Positions 54,605 to 64,000 of a stretch of DNA of 64,000 nt are shown piece by piece (positions within the stretch are counted from its first letter, which is position 1; each line of letters starts with the position of its first letter). Source of the DNA: an uncultured Phycisphaerales bacterium. Lineage in GTDB: Bacteria > Planctomycetota > Phycisphaerae > Tepidisphaerales > Tepidisphaeraceae. The translations under genes and the position numbers were made by a program. The notes below the pieces were generated by a model that was given only the letters and a program-made list of their open reading frames with translations, did no database searches and had not been told where the DNA came from. Location: positions 160,001-224,000 of the forward strand of contig CAWJPJ010000005.1 of the NCBI GenBank assembly GCA_963844715.1, in the 5' to 3' direction.

Positions 54605-56044
54605 GGGTTTCCCCCCTGCGAGGCGGAGAGGGCGTCGTAGGCTTTTTCCAGAGCGGCCTGGCGGTCATCGTGGGAGGCGAGGGGATCGTATCCGGCGGGC
54701 GCGGCGCCGTCGCGCGGTAAGCCAATCGAATGCGCGGGCGCGGGCGGCGGGGGAGTTGTCTTCGAGATAGTTGAAATTCTCGGCAACGGCGCGGACGAGG
54801 AAATCTTTGGAGTCGCGGGAATCATCGAGAATGTCGCTGAGCGAGTCGGAGTCCATGGCGGGTTCGCCGGCGGCGCGGATTAATACGGAGAGGAGTTCGG
54901 GCGGGAGCTTGCCGTCGGTTTGCATTTTGTTCATGAGCTTGAGGGCGGTGCCGTCCAGAGCCCATTGGACGGCGGCCTGGTTGTCGGTTGCTTCGGCGTC
55001 GGCGAGAAGGGGCTGTGCCGTGGCGACGAAATCGGAGAGGGCGTCGCCGGATGCGACGAGCGAGAAATCCTGGCAGATGGTGGCGCCGGTTCTGGCGGCG
55101 AGATAGCTGAGGCTGGCGCGGCGGCGCGCGGGGTCATTCAAACCGGATATGCCGACCTGAAGCGCGGACCAATACATGAGGCTGGTCAAGGATTGCTGAG
55201 ATGAAGCGACGGCGGCCTTGGCGGATTCGGCTAGATCAATTTGCGATTGAGACATCGCGGCGGAAAAACGCGGGTCGGTTGGCGGGATCGTGGAAGCGGT
55301 GAAGAGAACGAGCAGGGCTTTGAGACGCGGGTCGGAAAACTGGAAAGGGACGAGCATCGCGGAATCGACGGGCTTTTGGGAGGAGATGACGGGGAGAACG
55401 GAAAGTTCGGCGACGATTTTTGTGGGGGTGATTGGGTCGCCGGGGTCCTGGATCATGCCGGCGGCGGCGATGGCGGGCTCGAATTGATTGGCTTGCGGGC
55501 AACTAAGCAAGATTCGGACGCCAGTGATATGGCCGGGCTGCGGCGAAAGATTGGGATTGCCGACGGAGAGGACCGCGGTTGCGCCAGGCGGGACGGCGGC
55601 GGTGGTAAAGCCGATTAAGACACTGGGGCCGAATACGCCGGAGGCGAGATCTTTGGTGACCTGGTCGGCGGCGGGCCCGGTTGCCCAGAGGAAGCCGCTG
55701 GTGAGGTCGGCTGTGGAGAGGAGGGGTTGATCCGTGGGGGAGCGGACGATGAGGCGGGATTGAGAGACCAGCGGCGTCATTTGCGAAGCGGCGGCGTTTT
55801 GCACGGCGTAGACGTGGGCTTCGATGAAGACTGCGGTGGCCGGGCTCGACCAATCGGCGATGCGCGTGCTGGGGCCGCTAAGCGGCGCGCCGGTGAATTG
55901 GGAGGTGGTGAAGATTACGCCGGGGGAGAGGGCAGTGGATTGCGAGGCGCAGCCGGCAGCCGCGAGGGCGAGGAGAGTGAACGCCAAGACGATGGATCTG
56001 GATCGCACGCGGGTTAAGGGTAGCGACGGCGGGGAGCGCGTCAA
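54601..56044 (-). CDS. Predicted lipoprotein of unknown function (apparent frameshift ~54705)
   Basis: Lipobox LAAAG-C; stop overlaps the DUF748 start (GTGA). Confidence 0.65.
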
Positions 56045-56056
56045 AAGTATTTTGTT

Positions 56057-58117
56057 TCAGTTTGAAACAACGGTCCATATGCAGGAGTCGGAGCAATTTT
56101 CTTGCGATGGTGCGGAAGCGCGGAGGAGATTTTGGCCGGGGGTTAGATGGACATGGGGCCAGAGGAAGACATCGTCGTGGCCGGGTTTTGTGCCGAGCGA
56201 GCGATTGTTGAGGAACAATTCGACGGCAGGGCAATTGGAATAGATTTTGATATTTGCCTCGCCGGGCGAGCGGGGTGAAGCGGCGGGAGGTGATATAGAC
56301 GAACGGCGCGGTGGTCCAGTGGGCTTTGTAATAGTAGAAGGCGTCTTTCCTGGTTTGGCGGTCGTAGGTGACCAGGCCTTTGTCGTTGAGGGCGGGTTGG
56401 TCGCCTTCAAAGCGCTCGCTGGAGACAAAGTCGAACATGTTCCAGACGAAGGTCCCCCAGAGCCAGGGACATTTTTGCATCGCGGCGTAGGCGGATTCGT
56501 GAAATTGGGATTGCCATTCCTCGGGGTGCCAGTGACCTTTTGCGTCGGGCTCGATCGAGGGGATGGGCACGTGCTGGCGGATGCTGGCGCCGGCGCCGTA
56601 TTCGCTGATGCCGATGGGGCGTGTGGGGTTGTCGGCGTGGAGTTTTGGGAGTTCGACAGGCCAGTCGGCCAGAGACAGGAGCAACGATCCGAAGTAGCGA
56701 TTGAACCCGATGCCGTCGGGGATGAAGTTGACGGAGATGTCCGCCGGAAGATGGGAGGCGGCGACCGTGGGCGCGCGGGGTCGAGTTCGTGCGCCAGTTC
56801 GTTCATTTCGGTCACGAGACGCCAGTCGGTGTGGGTGTGGGGCCCGAGTTCGTTGAAGAGACTCCAGAGGCAGATACTGGGGTGGTTAAAATTTTGCTTG
56901 ATCAGCTCGCGGAGTTGCTGCTTGGCGCAGAGATAGAAGGCGTCGGTGTCGACGATGCGATTGATGAGGGGGACTTCGGCCCAGACGACCAGGCCGCGGC
57001 GATCGCAAAGGGAGTATTCGTAATCGCAGTGCTGATAATGGGCGAGGCGGACGGCGTTGGCGCCGATTTCATCGATGAACTGATAGTTCGTGTCAATGTC
57101 GGCGTGGGAGACGGCCCAGCCTTTTTTATAGAATTCCTGGTGAACGCCCACGCCGTGGAGGGGATAAGAGTTGCCGTTGAGGATGAAGCCTCGATTGGGA
57201 TCGAGGCGGATGGTGCGCAGGCCGAGAGGTTGGTCGACCTGGTCGAGGAGACGATTGGCTTGGTTGAGGGTGATCGTCGCTTGATAGATATAGGGATCAA
57301 GGCGGGCATTCCAAAGATGGGGGTGGAGGATAAGGATGGGGATGGCGGCCTCGCCTGATGAATGCGAGGGGAGGGATTGCAAATGCGAGGCACCGGCGAC
57401 GGGATTGCCGCTGGCATCGCGTACGGAGCAGGTTGCCGTGATCGTCTGCTTGAGATCGGAATCATTTCGGAGCATAACGATGGCGTCGATTCCGGCGGCG
57501 GCGGAATCCAGATGGGTCTGAGTCAGATAGACGCCACTGGACGCGTCGTCAGTGGGTGATATGCAAACGGAATTCAAATTCAAGAGATGAGCGTCGCGAT
57601 AGAGGCCGCCGAAGACGGTGAAGTCGCCGGAGATGGGGGGAATGTCTTCGGAGATGGAGTTGTCGACACGGACGGCGATGAGGTTATCCCCGGGGAGAAG
57701 GAATGGCGTAATGTTGAAGCAGAAAGCGGCGAAACCGCCCCGATGAGCGCCGGCGAGCTGGCCATTGACGAAGACTTTAGCGGCGAGTGAGGCGGCGTCG
57801 AAACGGAGATAGAGCTGGCGGTCGGCGGTTGTGGAGGGAAGAGTAAGATGGAGGCGGTACCAGGCGGGGCCGCGATAGTAATGATTGCCGGGGAGGGCGC
57901 CGTCCCGGGCGTTCCAAGTATGGGGGAGGGTAACGGGTTGCCAATTTGTGTCGTTGAATTGTGGGGACTGGGCGTTGGGGGCGTCGACGCGGAGGAATTT
58001 CCAGTTGGAGTCGAGGAGGGTTTCCTGGCGCGGGTTGGTGGGCGCGGTTTGGGATTGGCAGCCGAGAAGACTGCAAGCTGTGAGCAGGAATAGAACCCGC
58101 CATCCTCCGCAGCGCAT
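56057..58117 (-). CDS. GH2 beta-galactosidase/glucuronidase-like lipoprotein (several apparent frameshifts)
   Basis: LLGC lipobox, LPHTWN, GGLYRD, RLAHYQH, WSLFNE, SEYGAG and NDKGLVTYDR. Confidence 0.88.
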   Translation of the reverse strand: MRCGGWRVLFLLTACSLLGCQSQTAPTNPRQETLLDSNWKFLRVDAPNAQSPQFNDTNWQPVTLPHTWNARDGALPGNHYYRGPAWYRLHLTLPSTTADRQLYLRFDAASLAAKVFVNGQLAGAHRGGFAAFCFNITPFLLPGDNLIAVRVDNSISEDIPPISGDFTVFGGLYRDAHLLNLNSVCISPTDDASSGVYLTQTHLDSAAAGIDAIVMLRNDSDLKQTITATCSVRDASGNPVAGASHLQSLPSHSSGEAAIPILILHPHLWNARLDPYIYQATITLNQANRLLDQVDQPLGLRTIRLDPNRGFILNGNSYPLHGVGVHQEFYKKGWAVSHADIDTNYQFIDEIGANAVRLAHYQHCDYEYSLCDRRGLVVWAEVPLINRIVDTDAFYLCAKQQLRELIKQNFNHPSICLWSLFNELGPHTHTDWRLVTEMNELAHELDPARPRSPPPIFRRTSPSTSSPTASGSIATSDRCSCLWPTGLSNSQNSTPTTPHAPSASANTAPAPASASTCPSPRSSPTQKVTGTPRNGNPNFTNPPTPRCKNVPGSGGPSSGTCSTLSPASALKATNPPSTTKAWSPTTAKPGKTPSTITKPTGPPRRSSISPPAASPRSPGEANIKIYSNCPAVELFLNNRSLGTKPGHDDVFLWPHVHLTPGQNLLRASAPSQENCSDSCIWTVVSN

Positions 58118-58190
58118 TGGGGGGAAGTATAGAGGGCGTTCGGGGTTTGGTGAACGATTCACGCAGTCGGGGGTTAACTTGGCTTACCGT

Positions 58191-58235
58191 CCCTCACCCA
58201 TCCTGCGGAAACCAGCAGAGGACCGGGGAGAGGGG
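58191..58235 (+). repeat. Degenerate REP-like element
   Basis: CCCTCACCC...GGGGAGAGGGG. Confidence 0.45.
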
Positions 58236-58605
58236 TCATCGATAAAAGCTAGCCGCGTCTCAGTTTTTCTTCCGCGCACGATCTCTTCGATCGCCGAGAG
58301 AAACTTGCGGGGCGATCGTGGAAGTTCGCCAGATTGACATCCTTTATTGCGTCGGGTGCTGCCGGTTTTGCGACCGAATTCACGGTGCAGGACATGCTTG
58401 CCACGGCGGACGGCGGCTGGGCCTTTAACGGGCGATTTTTCGATAGCCGCCTTTCTATTTATTTTAATCCGCCGAAGGTCATTGCAGCGCGGGATACCCG
58501 TTGAATTGCGTGCGAAATATCTCATTTTGTGGACAAAGATCGGCGGTTTTTTATTGATCGACTTTGCGAGACAGGATTTACTCGAGGCCGCGAAATCGGA
58601 GGAAA

Positions 58606-59458
58606 ATGACGAGCGGAAAATTGCTTAAGGGAATGGTCGGCACGCACGCGTCGAGTGGGCTGGAAATCCGGCTGCCTTATCGTAACCTGTGCCGCGGTGC
58701 CAGCACGGGCGGCTCTCACGTCTGTCAACTTTTACGACAATATTACTTACACGCAAAGCAGTACCAGCGCCCGACGACTCCAGCGGGATACTTCTTTGAA
58801 ATGGGTGGGTCATTCCAGAATGTGGGGGACTTCGATTCCGTCTCAGCGGCCTATCCGGGACCTGGCGGCACAGGACCTTGCGATTCAGGGGACGAATTTT
58901 ATGTACGAAACCTCGTCTTACCCCTCTCTGAGCAGTCTGCACACAGCCTACCCATTTGGAACATACACTTTCACGGCGGCCAACTCTTCGACCATGACCT
59001 CCCAAAGTGCATCGATGAATTATTCGGCGGATTACTTCACCTCGGACATTCCGGCGTTTGCACCATCAAGCTACACCAGTTTACAGAGCTACAATCCGGC
59101 TAGCGCATTGACGGTGTCGTTCAACTCGTATGCCTCGAATCCCAGTGACACCAACGCCTACACATTCTTGACGATCTACAGCGGGCTTACCGGCGATGCA
59201 ATTCTTACCATCGGCGGATTGTCCAATACGGCGACTAGCGCGCTCATTCCGGCCGGTACGCTGGAACCCGACACGAGCTATGTGGCCCAACTGGATTTTA
59301 CCGATCGGATCGATGGAACATCCAGCGGCGTGTCCACCTTACAAGGCTCGGATGTGCGCACGACCGTCGACTTTACGACCTCCGTACCGGAACCGACAAC
59401 CGCGACGCTATTGGCCACCGGCTCCGTATTATTGCTCCGTAGAAAACGGAGGAATTAA
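58606..59458 (+). CDS. PEP-CTERM sorting domain protein (apparent frameshifts in the 5' third)
   Basis: GGAGG RBS; Ser/Thr-rich body; VPEPTTATLLATGSVLLLRRKRRN. Confidence 0.85.
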
Positions 59459-59663
59459 ACAGGGAAGGGGCGGGGGCATAAAAGGGGCGTCCGAATGCGA
59501 CCCAGGCGGGGTCGTCACCGACAAAACTCGGGCGCAATCCGGCACCGTCCCGATCTTGGGATTTCGCAGGGCGGACAATTTTAAGTTCCTCTTCTTCGAT
59601 CGCCGTAAATGAGTGATTGCAGGCGCGGGAGGATCGGCCACACTGGGGCACTGCGGAGAGTTA

Positions 59664-62317
59664 ATGCGGATTGGACGGATCATTGTACTTGCGGTGATTC
59701 TGCTGGCGCCCGCTGCGGCGCGGAAGTCGATTTCGATTTCGCTGGAAGATCATCCCGCGCCGCGCGTGCTGTATGGCGCGAGCGGGTAAAGGACGCGCTC
59801 GCGGCGGCAGGAATTGGGAGGCGCGTCGATCGTCGTGGGGAGAAGCGATTCCGATCTGGTTCGCAAAATAGTTGATGCCGGAGAGTTGAAACCCGAAGGA
59901 TTTTTGCTGGCGGCCCCTCCCGGCGGATCAATTGTGATCGCCGGGGCCGATGAATCCGGGGAGCTTTACGGGTGTTTGGAATTGGCGCGGCGGATCGAGG
60001 AGTTGGGGAAGATTCCGGAGGGGCTTCATTTTGTGGATGCCCCGGCATTTCGGATTGCGCGGGACCTGTATCGGGATGCAGAAGCCTTACATATTGCCAG
60101 GGCGGAAGGTTTATGAATATCCGTATACGCCCCAGCTATTTCCATTTTTTTATGACAAGGGATTCTGGACGGAGTATCTGAATTTTCTGGCTGATAATCG
60201 GATGAACACGTTGTACATCTGGTCGGGCCATCCGTTCGCGTCGCTGGTGGAACTGCCGGATTATCCATACGCGGTGGAGGTTTCGCCCGACGTGCTGGCG
60301 AAGAATGAGGCGATGTATCGGTTTATCGTCACGGAGGCGGACAAGCGCGGGATTTGGGTGGTGCAGGCGTTTTACAACATTCTGATGAGCAAGCCGTTCG
60401 CGGAGCACAACGGGATTTCTACGCAGTTGTCGGAGCCTACGCCGCTGGTGGCGGACTATACGCGGAAGTCGATCGCTAAATTCGTGGAGGAGTATCCGAA
60501 CGTGGGGCTGATGTTTTGTTTGGGGGAGGCGCTGCGGGGTTTGGACAATCAGAAATATTGGTGCACGCAGGTGATCTTGCCGGGGATCAAGGACGGGATG
60601 GCGGCGGCGCATCTCACGAAGGAGCCGCCGGTGATCATTCGGACGCATGCGACGGATTTGACGGTGATCATGCCGGAGGCGCTGAAGGTTTATAGAAATC
60701 TGTACACGATGGAGAAATTCAACGGGGAATCGCTGACGACCTGGGAGCCGCGCGGGAAAAGGCAGGCGTTGCACCTGGCGATGAGCAAACTGGGATCGAC
60801 GCACATCGTCAACGTTCATATTTTGGCGAATCTGGAGCCGTTTCGGTATGGGGATCAGGAGTTCATTCGCAAGTGCATGCTCGCGGCGCGGGATCGGCTG
60901 GGGGCGAAGGGGCTGCATCTTTATCCGCTGTCATATTGGAATTGGCCCGATGCGCCGGATGATGTCGATCCGCCGCTGAAGCAGTGGGATCGGGATTGGA
61001 TTTGGTTCGAGGCGTCGGCGCGATATGCGTGGAATCCGGATGTCGATCCGGCGGCGGATCATGCGTATTGGGTGGAACGAATTGCGGATCATTATGGTGA
61101 GCCGGCGGCGGAAAAGATTTTGGCGGCGTATGACGACTCGGGGGAATGCGCGCCGCGGCTGATTCGACGATTTGGGATTACCGAGGGGAATCGCCAGACG
61201 CTTTCGCTGGGGATGACTTTGGATGAACTGCTCGATCCGGACGAGTACGACGCGTTTGCGGAGTTGTGGGAGTCGCAGTCGCCGCCGGGGGAGCGGTTGC
61301 AGGAATATGTGGATAAGGAATGGAATCATCAGGCGCATGAAGGGGAGACGCCGCCCGAGATTATCAGGGAGGTTTTGGATTATTCGGAACGGGCGGTGGC
61401 GGAGATCGACGCGGCCGGCCCGATGGTGACGAAGGATCGAGACGAATTTCTGCGCTTGCGGAACGATATTTATTGCGTTCGTGCGATGTCGCAGTTTTAC
61501 GCCGAGAAGGCACAGGCGGCGATGGATGTGCTGCGCTATCGGCGTAGTCACGATATAGCCGACCTGGAGGACGCGCGAAAACATTTGCTGCTGAGCGTGG
61601 GGTATTTTGGGTCGCTCGCGAAATTGGGATCGTCGTATCGATTTGCGAATTCGATGCAGACGAGTCAGAGGCAGATTCCGGTGCCCGGAGCGGTGGAGGG
61701 GCGGCCGGCGAATTATTTGTGGTCGCAGGTGCTGCCGGTTTATCAGAATGAGTACGAGGATTTCGTGCGCGCGATTGGAAGCGTTGCGCGGGGGGACGAC
61801 GATGCCGTCGGATGAGACGGGTATTGCGGCTTGGCCGGGTGCGAGTTTTAAAACCTTGACGGGGGCGGCGAAAACTTATGTCGTGAAAGTCGGGGCGAAA
61901 GTGTTCAGCGATCGGGATTATTCGATCGAGTCCCTTGCGCCGGAGTTGAATGGGTTGACGGGGATTCTGGTTTCGCATTCTGAGGCCAACAAAGGGAAGT
62001 TTGCGGGGGTGGAGATTGAGACGACGGAGCCTGTGCGGGTGCTGATTGGGTATTTTCGGTCCGCGGACGAGCAGTGGCTGAAGCCGCCGGAGGCGGAGAC
62101 GGACGCCGCCGCGGCGGAGCGCGGAGAGAACGAGGCGATGATTCGGAATGGGGTGGAGATCGCGGGGCTCCCGGCGGTGGATGTTTATGTGCGGAACTAC
62201 GGGGCGGGGAGGAATAAGATTGAAGTGAATGGATCGGGGAGTTTTGTGATTTTGGGGGTGATTCCTCAAAGTGTGGCGCTGCATCCGCGGGACGCGCGGC
62301 GAAGTGGGTCGTTTTGA
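59664..62317 (+). CDS. GH138-like alpha-galacturonidase (several apparent frameshifts)
   Basis: Signal peptide MRIGRIIVLAVILLAP; LRGTCIGMQKPY...YEYPYTP, WSGHPFASLV, KFNGESLT, HILANLEPFRY and GITEGNRQT, recalled from Bacteroides RG-II alpha-galacturonidases. Confidence 0.65.
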
Positions 62318-62361
62318 AATTGGTCACGTCCAAGAGTCCTGGGACTTGGTGAGGGTAACAA

Positions 62362-63258
62362 TCAGGGCGGCAGCATTCCGAGCATTCCTACGGCGGCGAT
62401 GATCATCGTGGCCAGGAGCATTTCGATCGCCACGTTTCGCTGCAGGGCGGCCGCCGAGGCGCCGGTGGCCAGACGAGGCTTGAGGCGCAGGAGGTTGACC
62501 GCGCCGATTCCAATCGCGGCCAGGAAAATGGCGACTTTGATGAGCAGGAAACGGCCCCAAAATGTGGTGTAGAGATCGCTGGTGTCGACGATCAAGGAAT
62601 AGGTATTGACGACGCCGGTGAGGATCAGCAGACAGACAGCGACGAGACTGACAGCGGAGAATCGATAGACGAGCTGAGAGGCGGCCACCCAGTCGGCGGA
62701 TTTTCTAAACCGCCGTAGCAAGATCAATAGGGGATAGAGACCGGCGGGCCAGAGAGAGCAGGCGAGGAGATGGCCGACGTCGGCGGTAAGGTGGACGTTG
62801 GGGTAATCTCCGTCGCCGCCATGGCCGGACCAGGCAAGGCTCGCGACGAAGGCGGTCGCGATGGCGAGGTTCAGCCACGCAGCAATGCCGTGAACGAGTT
62901 TTTGTTTTATGCAAAGATAGATCAGCGAGGTGAGGCAAGCCGCGATCCAGATAACCGAGCGAAGTTGCCAGAGATGTCCGAACTGAGTTTGCGTCCACAC
63001 CAGCTTCATGGCGTCGAGATGGATCGCGTCGGCCAGTGAAAGCCCGCTCATGTTCATATCGACCAGCACAAACCACGCCAAGCCGGAGAGGAAGGCGACG
63101 GGGAGAAGAACGACAATCGTGCGCCGGGGTCTCCAAGTTTGACCGCGAGGAACTAAAAATCGGTCGAAGATCCAAATTGAAAGCAAAAGGATTGCCGCGG
63201 CGAAGTGAAACGCTCGCGCCGCGGCAATCCAGACGGAATTGAGTAGATCACTGTCCAA
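62362..63258 (-). CDS. copD: Copper resistance D family membrane protein
   Basis: QTQFGHLW, AWSGHG, HLLACSLW, RFS, TGVVN and GRFLLIK; follows copC. Confidence 0.88.
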   Translation of the reverse strand: MDSDLLNSVWIAAARAFHFAAAILLLSIWIFDRFLVPRGQTWRPRRTIVVLLPVAFLSGLAWFVLVDMNMSGLSLADAIHLDAMKLVWTQTQFGHLWQLRSVIWIAACLTSLIYLCIKQKLVHGIAAWLNLAIATAFVASLAWSGHGGDGDYPNVHLTADVGHLLACSLWPAGLYPLLILLRRFRKSADWVAASQLVYRFSAVSLVAVCLLILTGVVNTYSLIVDTSDLYTTFWGRFLLIKVAIFLAAIGIGAVNLLRLKPRLATGASAAALQRNVAIEMLLATMIIAAVGMLGMLPP

Positions 63259-63273
63259 AGCCTGTCAACTTTT

Positions 63274-63624
63274 CTATTTCAAGGTGAACTTGAAATCGCC
63301 ATGGGTGTGATGAGTGTCCTTTGAGACGACCGACCAAACGACTTTGTATTCTCCGGGTGAAATTGACGGCAGGGAGACGATCAAGAGCTTGGCGTCAGAC
63401 GAATCCATGTGGGAGTCCTTGGCGTCGATTTGCTTGCCATTTGAATCGAACACCTGAATGGAACTGAAGGCCGGCTCCAATTCCTGGGTGAACCAGATTT
63501 TCACCTGGGCCGGGGGCTGGATGATGTCCGCTCCGACGGCGGGCTGGGCGTGATCGAGAAACGCATGGGCGAACGCCGTGCCCGGCATGGCGAGCACGGC
63601 GGCAAAGATTAGGCGCGCGATCAT
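63274..63624 (-). CDS. copC: Periplasmic copper-binding protein
   Basis: Signal peptide, then HAFLDHAQP...EPAFS...WSVVSKDTH. Confidence 0.92.
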   Translation of the reverse strand: MIARLIFAAVLAMPGTAFAHAFLDHAQPAVGADIIQPPAQVKIWFTQELEPAFSSIQVFDSNGKQIDAKDSHMDSSDAKLLIVSLPSISPGEYKVVWSVVSKDTHHTHGDFKFTLK

Positions 63625-64000
63625 TAGTCACCTCCAAAAAGTGGATGTCCGAAGATGCTTGGGAAAATGTCGTCGATGAAAACCCAGACCTGGACGACGG
63701 CGCCGACATGAGCGCCGGAGTCTCGGTTGACGGGAACGATCGCCTCCGCGCCGAGTTCGAAGTAGTTCGTTTCCCAGAGGACGCCGGGATTGATTGTTCC
63801 GGTGGTCTGTCCGCTGGAGTCGCCGGTGTCGAGGGTCTGCATGGGGAACTCGACGAGAGGAATCATATTTTTCAGCGGGTCGGGGAGCCCGATGTCCTTG
63901 ATGTGCTGCTGGAGGTAGGGAAGGCTGTACTCGAGGGCCAAGCCCCATTGAAAGGCCTGAGGCTGATTGGAATCGGAGGGGATGGACTGGCCGAGGGTGC
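63624..64000 (-). CDS. C-terminal part of a putative outer-membrane beta-barrel protein upstream of copC (partial)
   Basis: WGLALEYSLPYL...GTINPGVLW...EAIVPVN...FIDDIFP; stop abuts the copC start. Confidence 0.6.
   Translation of the reverse strand, partial: TLGQSIPSDSNQPQAFQWGLALEYSLPYLQQHIKDIGLPDPLKNMIPLVEFPMQTLDTGDSSGQTTGTINPGVLWETNYFELGAEAIVPVNRDSGAHVGAVVQVWVFIDDIFPSIFGHPLFGGD

Noticed and set aside
49817..54770. Long + strand ORFs opposite DUF748 (e.g. 51821-53488), and similar shadow ORFs elsewhere
   Set aside because: Antisense frames of high-GC genes with no recognisable motifs.
2463..62317. Mass pseudogenisation or programmed frameshifting in ~20 genes
   Set aside because: The breaks are isolated single-base indels in otherwise intact genes, with almost no nonsense codons. 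This is typical of long-read consensus error and needs read-level confirmation.

Overview
High-GC bacterial DNA, most likely Planctomycetota (probably Phycisphaerae-like). The evidence is three proteins with the planctomycete N-terminal LE-x-LE-x-R-x-LLS export motif plus a PEP-CTERM protein. About 20 genes carry isolated single-base frameshifts, most simply read as long-read consensus errors. Left to right: (1) a giant DUF4347/Ig-repeat surface protein, broken by an IS, heading a PAS/receiver/hybrid-kinase operon; (2) GrpB and SelA-like genes and the betaine-lipid genes btaAB, the latter bracketed by hexamer-repeat hairpins; (3) an 8.4-kb block of small stress/detox genes (SDRs, two DUF899, ArsR-SRPBCC, DoxX, GNAT, CPBP, mug) punctuated at gene junctions by five copies of ATGGATGTCACCTT; (4) an S53 peptidase, two two-component systems, tRNA-Arg(CCT) and a candidate structured RNA; (5) a two-partner secretion locus (TpsB plus 1805-aa TpsA) with putative GT-C glycosyltransferases, converging on a lipoprotein and a ~1700-aa DUF748/AsmA-like protein; (6) GH2 and GH138-like glycosidases, a PEP-CTERM protein and copCD. 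There are five IS5-type insertions, three of them copies of one 885-bp element that look identical. The best candidates for undescribed biology are the motif-delimited gene block, the TPS/DUF748/glycosyltransferase module, and the DUF4347 adhesin-signalling operon. All family calls are by eye, without database searches.
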